Assembly: GCF_050432925.1 (NCBI RefSeq)
Contig: NZ_JBKFTO010000008.1
Location: forward strand, 49,593 to 81,592
DNA: 32,000 nt
Source: Pseudomonas sp. 18175
GTDB taxonomy: Bacteria; Pseudomonadota; Gammaproteobacteria; Pseudomonadales; Pseudomonadaceae
Reading direction: 5' to 3'
Shown: positions 16,662 through 24,557 of the stretch, one piece after another
How positions within the stretch are numbered: the first letter of the stretch is position 1
Layout of the letters: every line of letters starts with the position of its first letter
Position numbers and translations under genes: made by a program
The notes under the pieces: generated by a model
Seen by the model: the letters and a program-made list of their open reading frames with translations, nothing else
Told to the model about the DNA's origin: nothing
Databases searched by the model: none

Positions 16662-17588
16662 CTAGAGCAAGCGTTGGGTCAGGTCGGACAGCGTCGGACG
16701 CGGTCGGGGTAACAGCGCGCGCACTGCACTGTTATCGCGGATGCCAAGCAACACCCCGACTTGCGCCTCATCCGCACCGCACTCGTACAGCAATGCGGTT
16801 ACGGTACGTCGGGCATCGCGACTGCTGAGGGCAGGCAAACCCGCCAGGCGAAACAGTTTGCGCAAGGCGTCCTGCATGCCCCGGCAGCGATGATGGGCAA
16901 TGCCATCCACTTCGCTGCATTGCAGCGCATAAGCCTGACCGTAGGGGTTAAGAAATAGCGGGCTGTCGGGTGCCAGGCCCAGGTAGCGGTCACCCTCGCC
17001 CAGCCCATGCCCGCGCCGCACGCGTTCACGCAGATAATCGGTCAGGGCTGCGATCAGCCTAGGACTGGTGAGGTACAGCGGTCGCACATGAGCGTTATGG
17101 CTGACCTCGGCGCGGACTTCGCTACGCGTGCGCAACTGGCCGTTGGCATTCACGCAGTCGCTGACGGTCAAGCGGGCCAACTCCAGCGGGCGCATCCCGG
17201 TGGTGAACAGTAGGTAGAACAGCGCGAGGTCATGCGCGCTATGCCCCGAACGTGCGCGCAGTTGATCTATCGCCTGCTGCAGCATCTGACGATTCAACAC
17301 CGGCGAGACCTCGCCGCATTCCACCGCAACAGTGCGCGCCAGGGCGCATTCGAGGGCTGGGCGATGCTCACGTAAGCGTCGCACAAAAGCCGCACTGTCG
17401 AGCGTCAAACCTTGGATGCCCACGCTGTGGATCAGATGCTCAACCAGCGCCTTGATCCGGCGCTCAACCACACTGCGCGCCAGCCCATGTCGACGGCCCA
17501 CGGTCTGGTAGCTGTCGCCATCGAGCACCTCACGCAACATCACCACCAATTCGGCGTAACCGTGCGGATCCGTCAACCATGCGGGCAT
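16662..17588 (-). CDS. Tyrosine-recombinase (phage integrase)-fold protein apparently lacking the catalytic Tyr and both His
   Basis: The ATG at 17588 is preceded by GAGGGAG; the ORF-track start at 17612 is a TTG. Box I FTTGMRPLELARL retains the Arg. Box II reads SSRDARRTVTALLYECGADEAQVGVLLGIRDNSAVRALL, where H-x-L-R-H...LLGH...Y is expected. Confidence 0.7.
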   Translation of the reverse strand: MPAWLTDPHGYAELVVMLREVLDGDSYQTVGRRHGLARSVVERRIKALVEHLIHSVGIQGLTLDSAAFVRRLREHRPALECALARTVAVECGEVSPVLNRQMLQQAIDQLRARSGHSAHDLALFYLLFTTGMRPLELARLTVSDCVNANGQLRTRSEVRAEVSHNAHVRPLYLTSPRLIAALTDYLRERVRRGHGLGEGDRYLGLAPDSPLFLNPYGQAYALQCSEVDGIAHHRCRGMQDALRKLFRLAGLPALSSRDARRTVTALLYECGADEAQVGVLLGIRDNSAVRALLPRPRPTLSDLTQRLL

Positions 17589-17663
17589 CGGTCCTACTCC
17601 CTCACGTTGCAAGTGGTCAAAAACGGAGAACGGCCACGCCGTTCTCCGTACAGGGGCACCCGA

Positions 17664-17942
17664 TCAACCGGACCGCGTTTGATTGAACGATGAGTCCCCT
17701 CCTTGTGCCTGCATCCACGCCTGGACGTCCTCGGCGCGCCACACCGTGACGCGTTCGGACAGTTTCAGCGGGGCCGGAAAGCTGCCGGCCTGGACCCGGC
17801 GCCACAGGGTCGATTTCGACACCGGGATCAGCGCCAGCACCTGGACCTGGCGTAGGAACCCGCACAGCGGGACGCCCGGCAGCGGTGGTTGAAACGATAA
17901 AACGGAGGCGGCGCTAGGCACCGCCTGTTGTGTAGTGGACAT
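17664..17942 (-). CDS. alpA: AlpA-family (prophage CP4-57 regulatory/excisionase-like) DNA-binding protein
   Basis: GFLRQVQVLALIPVSKSTLWRRVQAGSFPAPLKLSERVTVWRAEDVQAWM is the AlpA/MerR-type winged-helix pattern. The ATG at 17942 lies 7 nt after GGAGG. Confidence 0.75.
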   Translation of the reverse strand: MSTTQQAVPSAASVLSFQPPLPGVPLCGFLRQVQVLALIPVSKSTLWRRVQAGSFPAPLKLSERVTVWRAEDVQAWMQAQGGDSSFNQTRSG

Positions 17943-18160
17943 GATCAAGCCTCCAGCGGCGGATGCCGCAGCAGGTCATGACCCCTCACTCGTTGTCGGC
18001 CTAGGTCAGACTCGTACCGACAACCAGGAACACCGAACGCATTGACGCACCCTGGGGTGTTCCGATCAGGGGGGCGCCGGGAGTCGTGCTCCCGCTTTCA
18101 GGGCTGGACAGATAAAGAGATCCAGCGGTCTCCGACGCTCACCACGGTGGCCGGCGTCCT

Positions 18161-18886
18161 TCAGTGCGAAGGCTCGTCGGGCAACGATGGTGGCGTCGTC
18201 TCAAGCGCGTCATCGTCGAGCAGAGCGGTCGCCGACAACTCAGTGCTCGTCTTCTCCTCGTTCTTCGGGTGCGTCGCTGTGCGGGCCGCGCCCAGGTTCA
18301 TCCGCCGTCGCAAGCCGCTGGCAAAACGTCGCGCGCCGTTGGCGATATCGCGCACTTGGCGCTTGATCAGCGCACGTTGCTTGTCCACGGCCGCCGGGCT
18401 CAGCACTTCGTGAATCTCCAGGGTCTGCAACAACGGCATCAGCTGATCCAGCTTGCCCAGCACCTCCAGATAGCGTCGGCCGTTGGCGGACAGCACCCCG
18501 ACTTCAACCTCCAGCGGCAGCGTGTCGTAGCTCGCGGCGTCGGTAATAGCCTGAGCCTTGAAGAGTGCCTCTGCCTCATCGATGGCGTCATTCAACACGG
18601 TGTTTATTCTTTCCAGTTGCTCGCGCAACACCGCTTCAACCTGGGCGATTTCGGCATGATCCAGCCGGGTACGGGCGATCACCGAAATGAAGTGGCTGTT
18701 GAGCTGCAAGGTCATAAACAGCCGCACAAAAAAACGTTTACCTTCCGGGCTGGCAAACCGCGCGCGCAGCTTGACGCTGGCCGCTTCGATACGCCGAAAA
18801 TCGGCTTTGGTTTGTTTGGCCAGGATGCGGGCATTGACTCCGCCCTGATCGGTGCGCACCCAGTCGCTGTCGGTCATATCGGTCAT
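18161..18886 (-). CDS. ICE protein resembling the PFL_4669/TIGR03761 (DUF1845, AcaB-like) family
   Basis: The ATG at 18886 lies 9 nt after GGAG. 241 aa, helical, with an acidic tail. It occupies the position in the ICE regulatory region next to alpA. The family call is from memory of this family's size and context only. Confidence 0.45.
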   Translation of the reverse strand: MTDMTDSDWVRTDQGGVNARILAKQTKADFRRIEAASVKLRARFASPEGKRFFVRLFMTLQLNSHFISVIARTRLDHAEIAQVEAVLREQLERINTVLNDAIDEAEALFKAQAITDAASYDTLPLEVEVGVLSANGRRYLEVLGKLDQLMPLLQTLEIHEVLSPAAVDKQRALIKRQVRDIANGARRFASGLRRRMNLGAARTATHPKNEEKTSTELSATALLDDDALETTPPSLPDEPSH

Positions 18887-19199
18887 ACCGTCTGCTCCGA
18901 TGTTGCCTGGGCTCATGATCGCGCAATCGCGCTGAATTGGGCGGGCAGAACTCCCACCAACATGCGGGCATTTCACTATTAGTGCGCGGGTTTGGCGGCT
19001 ACGCCCTTGACCCGTGCACGCGCTGGTCCTAGGTTTTCGTCCAGTAGTACGCGGTAGCTGGCACACCGTTTCGACAGCGTCGAACAAGCCAGCCTTATCA
19101 GGTTGTTGGTGCCGGCGTTTAGAGCCGGCGATTGTCTACCCATGCGGGGTCATGCCCCGCGTTGGGGCTGTGCCTCGCTTTTTTCAGGAGGCCATGCCG

Positions 19200-19742
19200 A
19201 TGCTCAGTCTTTGCACATCGTGTTGTTCGCCGCGCCTTGCCCACCCTGGGCCGGACGCGCTGACGGGCAGTCTTCCACTGGAAGGCATCCCGTCGTCCCC
19301 CCTCCCCTTGCCGACCGATTCGGTCGGCGACTGGAGCGAAGAAGAAGTGGTGTATTTACACTGGCGTCTGTTGCAAGACGTCGCGCAACTCGCCGACCCG
19401 GCCGCGCCGTTGGCCGAGAAGTTCGACACCCTGCTCTGGGTGTTTACCGAGCCGCATTACGACGCCCTGCCGTTCTCGTTCGCCACCTGTTTGCGGGTGG
19501 TCGGCTGCAATCCGTTATCGCCGATCGGCTACTGCGGCGCGGTGGATGTTGAGGAGGTCCGTGACCAGCTCCGCCATCAACTGCGGCGTTGGTTCGAGTG
19601 TTCATTGGAGGCTTACCCCGCGTGGGTGCAGCAACTGGTGCGCGAGCGACCTGACTGGGTTCACGCCCACCTGGACAAGAACCCGCAATGGCTCAATGAG
19701 CAACTCAAGAGCATGGCTGAACAAGGTGATTTGTTCAGCTGA
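19200..19742 (+). CDS. Hypothetical ICE protein
   Basis: The ATGs at 19194 and 19200 follow AGGAGG (19186-19191). GC-rich codon usage is consistent with the island. It is the first gene of the plus-strand operon. No family was recognised. Confidence 0.45.
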   Translation: MLSLCTSCCSPRLAHPGPDALTGSLPLEGIPSSPLPLPTDSVGDWSEEEVVYLHWRLLQDVAQLADPAAPLAEKFDTLLWVFTEPHYDALPFSFATCLRVVGCNPLSPIGYCGAVDVEEVRDQLRHQLRRWFECSLEAYPAWVQQLVRERPDWVHAHLDKNPQWLNEQLKSMAEQGDLFS

Positions 19743-19859
19743 GTGATACGCCGCCCCAGCCGGGGTGGCCCTGTGTGCGTTCACCGCCGGTGAGCGTTTC
19801 CCCTGACGGGCCTGCCCCGCTCAGGGGGAGTGCCCGTTGTTTGTACTGCGGAGGACATC

Positions 19860-21476
19860 ATGTTTATCACCGTTAACATCCATCAGGCCAACGCGCTGCG
19901 TAACCAACGTTATGCCTTCACCGACCGGTTCACGCTGGTCTCGGAGTTGTTGCAGAACGCTCGACGGGCCGGCGCCAGCCGAATCGAGATGGTCTATGAC
20001 GAGGCGCAACAGACGCTGCAGGTTCGCGACAACGGTACCGGCATCCAGGACTTTCAAACGCTGCTGAGTCTGCATGAAAGTGGTTGGGCCTCGGACCTGC
20101 GCGACGCCGAGCAGGCGTTCGGCGTGGGCTTTTCCCAATGCCTGTACCGGGCCCGGCATTGCCGTATCACTTCAGGCAGGCAGCGTATCGATTTCGACTG
20201 TGATGCCGCACTGGCCCAGCAGCCGATTGAGGTACTCAACGCGCCCGAGGCGCTCGACGGCACCTGTGTTGAACTGGACGGCGTCGAGCTGCCCGACTGG
20301 CAAGTCCGCATCGCTCAGTTGTGCATGGGCTTTCCGGTTCCTCTCCACCTCAATGGCCAGGAACTGCCACGGCCCTTGGCCCTGGCGGCGCTGAAGACCC
20401 AGCCCACCGAGATCGGCGAGGTGTTTCTATTGGGGCGTGACGATGGCTGCTGCACCCGTCAACTCCTGGTGTTTTTGCAGGGGTTTTGTGTGTGGCATTC
20501 GCCCTGGGGCCTCAATGAACTGGCCAATGTGGTGCACCTGGATCCACAGCAATTTTTGGCCCGCCTGCCGGACCGCGATAAGTTGCTGGACGAAGACCAG
20601 CAACTGGCACGCATTCACGCTGTGCTCGAACGCTGCTGGCAACAGGTGCTAGAAGAACGCGTGACCACGCTGGACGCTGAGCAGTTCCTGGCGCGTTACA
20701 CCTACTGCGTACACCGCTGGAAGCAGCAGGCCTTGCTCAACCACCTGGACCTGTTACCAGAAGCCAACTACCAGGTGTTCCGTGACTACCCGGTGCAATC
20801 CCGCAACGGACTGGGCGAAGGCCTCCAAGCCGCCACCCACCCGCTTCACCGTCAACAGATAGAACGCGCGGCTGTGCAGTTGGTAGAGCTTGCGCCGCTG
20901 AACGAGTTAAATGCCGCCGTGTGGATGTTCGCCCGGGCCTGCAACTATCGGGTGTGTGAGCATCAGGCGTTGGACGAGCAGCATTGGGTTCATCCGCACG
21001 TAAAGGTGCTGGAAACCGAGGCGCTGCAAGTGACCGTGCTGCAGGAGCAGTATCGCGGGTGGTTCGAGAGTCGCTGGATCAGTGCGCCCGTGGTGCTGTG
21101 CGCCGCGGTCCGCCTGCAAATCGGCAATCGCATGGTCGATATCACGGATGAAGGGCTGTGCCACGACGCGGTGCTGTATATCCCGGCCGGCGAACGGTCA
21201 GGCCAGGTGGTGCGCCAGGCGATGAACTACGTCGATGAGCACGACTACGTGCATGAAGACGACGCCGAAGCGGACTCCGTGGCCTTGGCCGAGCTGGTTC
21301 GTCATCTGCGTAGCCGCGACCCGCTGCACACGTTACGCGCATTGTTGAGCGAGCTGCAGTTGGACCGCTACCCCGCATTGCAGGGCCAGCGGTTTGCAGT
21401 GAGCGTCGGCCACCAACCCAGCGACCTGGGCTTGGCGTGCCTGGACGTACAGGGAGGCGATCATGCTCAGCCCTGA
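19860..21476 (+). CDS. GHKL (Bergerat-fold, HATPase_c_3-like) ATPase with a long uncharacterised C-terminal region
   Basis: The ATG at 19860 lies 5 nt after GGAGG. It has an N-box SELLQNARRAGASRIEM, a G1 box VRDNGTGI and a G2 box FGVGFSQ. About 400 further residues have no recognisable motif. Confidence 0.7.
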   Translation: MFITVNIHQANALRNQRYAFTDRFTLVSELLQNARRAGASRIEMVYDEAQQTLQVRDNGTGIQDFQTLLSLHESGWASDLRDAEQAFGVGFSQCLYRARHCRITSGRQRIDFDCDAALAQQPIEVLNAPEALDGTCVELDGVELPDWQVRIAQLCMGFPVPLHLNGQELPRPLALAALKTQPTEIGEVFLLGRDDGCCTRQLLVFLQGFCVWHSPWGLNELANVVHLDPQQFLARLPDRDKLLDEDQQLARIHAVLERCWQQVLEERVTTLDAEQFLARYTYCVHRWKQQALLNHLDLLPEANYQVFRDYPVQSRNGLGEGLQAATHPLHRQQIERAAVQLVELAPLNELNAAVWMFARACNYRVCEHQALDEQHWVHPHVKVLETEALQVTVLQEQYRGWFESRWISAPVVLCAAVRLQIGNRMVDITDEGLCHDAVLYIPAGERSGQVVRQAMNYVDEHDYVHEDDAEADSVALAELVRHLRSRDPLHTLRALLSELQLDRYPALQGQRFAVSVGHQPSDLGLACLDVQGGDHAQP

Positions 21477-22449
21477 CTACCAGTCCCGCATCGATGCGGT
21501 GAAACAGCGCGCGCAGGGGCATTGGACCGACATCCTCGCCGGTCTCGGCGTGGACGCGGCCATCCTGCAAAAACGCAACCGGCCCTGCCCACTCTGCGGC
21601 GGCACGGACCGCTTCCAGTACACCGACAAGTTCGGCCAGGGCAACTACCACTGCCGCAAATGCGGCGCCGGGGACGGATTCAACCTGCTGCAAGCGGTGA
21701 CCAGTAAGGATTTTCATACCTTGCTGGTGGACGTGGAACACTACCTGCGCCTGTCGCCGGCTGATGCGGCCAACAGCGCCGCCGCGCCCTCGCCGGAACG
21801 TATGAAACAACTGGCACGGCGCTTGTGGCAGGAAGCCCGGCCCGTGCAAGCGGGTGATGAAGTGGATCGTTACCTGCAAGGCCGCAGGCTGGAGCTGGCG
21901 GTGTACCCGCCGGTGCTGCGCTGCCATCCGGCGCTGGCGTATTACGAAAAGGATCAGGCCGGCAAGTCGCGCAAGGTAGCCGAATACCCAGCCCTGCTCG
22001 CGTGCGTACAGGGCGCGGATGGGCATGGCGTTTCCGTGCATCGGACCTACCTGCACAACGGCGCCAAGGCCCCGGTCGCCGAACCGCGCAAGCTGCTGAC
22101 CGCCTGTGACGGTGGCGCCGTACGGCTGTTCGCCGCCGCCGAGGAACTGGCGGTGGCCGAGGGCCTGGAAACCGCGTTGGCGGTGCACCTGGCCACCGGC
22201 AAGCCGATCTGGATGGCACTTAACGCCGGCAACCTGGAAAAGCTCTGGTTGCCGGCCCAAGTGCGGCGGGTGCTGATCTATGCCGACAACGACGCCGACG
22301 GCGATTTCACCGGCCAGGCCTGTGCCTATGCCCTGGCCCGCCGCCTGCGACGCATGAGCGCAGACGGAACCCCGCGTGAGGTGCAGGTGTTTGTGCCCAA
22401 ACAGCCCGGCAGCGACTGGGCCGATGTCTGGTACAGCAAAAGCGCGTGA
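21463..22449 (+). CDS. Primase-type zinc-ribbon + Toprim domain protein (P4-alpha/ICE primase-like)
   Basis: CPLCGGTDRFQYTDKFGQGNYHCRKCGAGDGFNLL is the primase-helicase Zn-ribbon pattern. The Toprim acidic residues lie in VAEGLETALAV and IYADNDADGD. It overlaps the upstream gene by 14 nt, after GGAGG. Confidence 0.8.
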   Translation: MLSPDYQSRIDAVKQRAQGHWTDILAGLGVDAAILQKRNRPCPLCGGTDRFQYTDKFGQGNYHCRKCGAGDGFNLLQAVTSKDFHTLLVDVEHYLRLSPADAANSAAAPSPERMKQLARRLWQEARPVQAGDEVDRYLQGRRLELAVYPPVLRCHPALAYYEKDQAGKSRKVAEYPALLACVQGADGHGVSVHRTYLHNGAKAPVAEPRKLLTACDGGAVRLFAAAEELAVAEGLETALAVHLATGKPIWMALNAGNLEKLWLPAQVRRVLIYADNDADGDFTGQACAYALARRLRRMSADGTPREVQVFVPKQPGSDWADVWYSKSA

Positions 22450-22454
22450 CCTGA

Positions 22455-22489
22455 GGGGTGGCGCGGCGCAGGCCGCCCACCCGCTTTTT
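22455..22489 (+). terminator. Putative rho-independent terminator after the primase gene
   Basis: GGGGTGGCG (22455-22463) pairs with CGCCCACCC (22474-22482) with a one-nt bulge, followed by GCTTTTT (22483-22489). Confidence 0.4.
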
Positions 22490-22718
22490 CAGTGCCGCTG
22501 CCTTTTCGGCGGCGGCAGCGAAAAAGCCTAAACCTTCCACCGTTCGACCCGGGATCGCTGTCTGCCCGGATACGCCTATGACGCATCGAAGACAGCCCTG
22601 AAGTGACCGCACGGCGCCCGCCGTGCCTGATCTGGACCGATCAACCGATTGGCCCATTAACCCTGTCGGGGCTTTCCCCGTCAGGGGAGGCACGTCCCCG
22701 TATCCATCGAGGATAAGC

Positions 22719-23783
22719 ATGATGAAAACTGGATGCACACTGCAAAGCCTGGCCCAGGAACTGGAGCGCCAGCAACACGCGAAGAAAGACCTGGTCCTGG
22801 CCTCGTCATTGATGCGACACAGCACCGATGAGCAGGGTCAGACCCAGTTGCTGGTCAACGAACAGCAGGGGCTGACGCGTTACGGCGTGACGCCTCTGGC
22901 GCGCCAGCAACTGGCCGAGAAACTGCGCATTCCGTTCACCTATTTTGAGCGCATGCGCCAAAACGAACCGGCCCTGCTGGATCGCAACGTCAATACTTGG
23001 CTGAAGAGCGGCGAACGGCGGATGCTGCGCACCCTCGACGGCAAGGTCCGCGCGGTGTTGTCGGAACGCTACCGCCGCCTGGACAACTACGCGTTGGCCG
23101 ACAGCGTACTGCCGCTGCTGCAGCAACTGCCGCACGTGCAGTTCATGTCAGTGCAACTGACCGACACACGGATGTACCTCAAGTGCGTGACACCGCGACT
23201 GCACTATGAAGTAGCCCCCGGCGATATGGTTCAGGCCGGGGTGGTCATCTCCAATTCGGAGGTCGGCCATGGCTGCCTGTTGGTGCAACCGCTGCTGTAT
23301 CGGCTGATCTGCCGCAATGGCCTGATCGCTTCCGACCCAACCCTGCGCAAAACCCATCTGGGCCGTGTGGCGGTTGACGACGAGGCCGCATTGACGGTGT
23401 TCCAGGATGACACCCTGCGTGCCGACGACCAGGCGTTCTTCCTGAAAGTGCGCGATGTGGTGCAAGCGGCGGTGTCGGAGGTGACCTTCCGGCAACTGGC
23501 GCAGAAGCTGCAAAAGACTCGCGGCATCCCCCTGACCGGTAACCCGGTCTGCACCGTCGAGTTGCTGGGTCAGCGTTTCGGCCTGAACGAGGGTGAGCGC
23601 AGTGGCGTGCTCTGCCACCTGATCCAGGGCGGCGAGCTGTCCGGCTATGGCCTGGTCAATGCAGTGACCCACTACAGCGCCGAAGTGGAGGACTATGACC
23701 GTGCCACCGACCTGGAAGCCTTGGGCGGCAAGCTGATTGAGTTGCCGTCACGAGAGTGGAAACAGTTGGCGGAAGCGGCCTGA
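22719..23783 (+). CDS. DUF932/DUF945-family protein (common ICE/plasmid leading-region protein)
   Basis: The ATG at 22719 lies 5 nt after GAGGA. 354 aa. The layout (LQSLAQELERQ...DLV..., RIPFTYFERMR..., GVVISNSEVGHGCLLVQPLLYRLICRNGLI) matches my recollection of DUF932. Confidence 0.65.
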   Translation: MMKTGCTLQSLAQELERQQHAKKDLVLASSLMRHSTDEQGQTQLLVNEQQGLTRYGVTPLARQQLAEKLRIPFTYFERMRQNEPALLDRNVNTWLKSGERRMLRTLDGKVRAVLSERYRRLDNYALADSVLPLLQQLPHVQFMSVQLTDTRMYLKCVTPRLHYEVAPGDMVQAGVVISNSEVGHGCLLVQPLLYRLICRNGLIASDPTLRKTHLGRVAVDDEAALTVFQDDTLRADDQAFFLKVRDVVQAAVSEVTFRQLAQKLQKTRGIPLTGNPVCTVELLGQRFGLNEGERSGVLCHLIQGGELSGYGLVNAVTHYSAEVEDYDRATDLEALGGKLIELPSREWKQLAEAA

Positions 23784-23810
23784 ACCGTCTATCCGGCGAT
23801 GAACGCCGGC

Positions 23811-23845
23811 GGGCGCCCCTCGGTTGGAGGGCGCCCGTTTGGCTT
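23811..23845 (+). terminator. Putative rho-independent terminator after the DUF932 gene
   Basis: GGGCGCCC (23811-23818) pairs with GGGCGCCC (23829-23836) around a short loop, followed by GTTTGGCTT. Confidence 0.45.
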
Positions 23846-23887
23846 GTTAGGCTGGTCAACTGAAAACCTAACGCTTGGGAGGAACCC

Positions 23888-24037
23888 ATGAAAACGACTG
23901 AGCAGATCGATGACTTGCGCCAACGCTGGCAGGAGGCACGCGAGGACAACACGCCCGGCGCCCCGGTCGACGAGGTGCTGGATCGCCTGGAGCAAAAATA
24001 TCAGACGCTGGCGGATACTCAGGACACGAGCGAGTAA
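23888..24037 (+). CDS. Small 49-aa acidic hypothetical protein (below the ORF-track size cutoff)
   Basis: The ATG at 23888 lies 5 nt after GGGAGGA. It translates to MKTTEQIDDLRQRWQEAREDNTPGAPVDEVLDRLEQKYQTLADTQDTSE, with TAA at 24035. Confidence 0.35.
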   Translation: MKTTEQIDDLRQRWQEAREDNTPGAPVDEVLDRLEQKYQTLADTQDTSE

Positions 24038-24252
24038 TACCGTTGTCGTGACCCCACGCAAGACCGCGATCTCCTGAACGACGCCCGGTTGCTACCCAGA
24101 ATTTGCCTGGCATTGCCAGGGTCAATGGCCTCGCCCTCTTGCCCTGGCTACCGGCGCGCGCTCCACTGCGCATTCAGACAAACGGGCCACAGAGCCCGTC
24201 GCCGAGCCAGGCCACCCGAGCGTAACGGGCTGGCCGCTGCCGGGAGGAGATC

Positions 24253-24546
24253 ATGGATCAGTTGGCTCTCACTGATGTACAGGCCACCAACCTTTACCAA
24301 TTGCAGACCATCTGCCTGGCGCTGGCTCGCGACCCGCAGGCGGCCGTGCGGCACTACGAGTTGACCCGCGAACACGCCGACGCCCTGCAGCACCTCAGTG
24401 CCGATGAACTGTGGCGGTTAGTCAGCCGGGTTGGCCCGCACACCTTGTTTCCCTTGCGGCGGGATTGGCAGCAGTTGGCGGACTGCCCCGACTCACTGAC
24501 GCCAGCCCACGCAGTGGCGCATAACGCGCTGGCCGGGCGGCACTGA
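24253..24546 (+). CDS. FlhD-like small subunit of an ICE activator (SetD/AcaD-like)
   Basis: 97 aa; the ATG follows GGGAGGAG. The pattern LYQLQTICLALARDPQAAVRHYELTREHADALQHLSADELWRLVS...LFPLR parallels FlhD (INLSYLLLAQRL...MFRLGI.EEMA..L..LT..QMVKLA....LV.FRF). It is directly upstream of an FlhC-like gene. Confidence 0.5.
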   Translation: MDQLALTDVQATNLYQLQTICLALARDPQAAVRHYELTREHADALQHLSADELWRLVSRVGPHTLFPLRRDWQQLADCPDSLTPAHAVAHNALAGRH

Positions 24547-24557
24547 GGTGGACGGCG

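Noticed and set aside
18164-18982. 272-aa plus-strand ORF opposite the PFL_4669-like gene
   Set aside because: The minus-strand frame has a good RBS and start and a sensible helical protein. The plus frame is Arg/Gln-rich with no RBS.
21142-22260. 372-aa ORF antisense to the GHKL/primase genes
   Set aside because: The Arg/Gly/Pro-rich low-complexity translation overlaps two motif-bearing plus-strand genes.
22490-22718. Second hairpin CGCTGCC-loop-GGCAGCG (about 22494-22518) and a long untranslated stretch before DUF932, considered as an sRNA or riboswitch
   Set aside because: No T-run follows the hairpin on the plus strand and I recognise no conserved RNA motif. It is probably just a 5' UTR.
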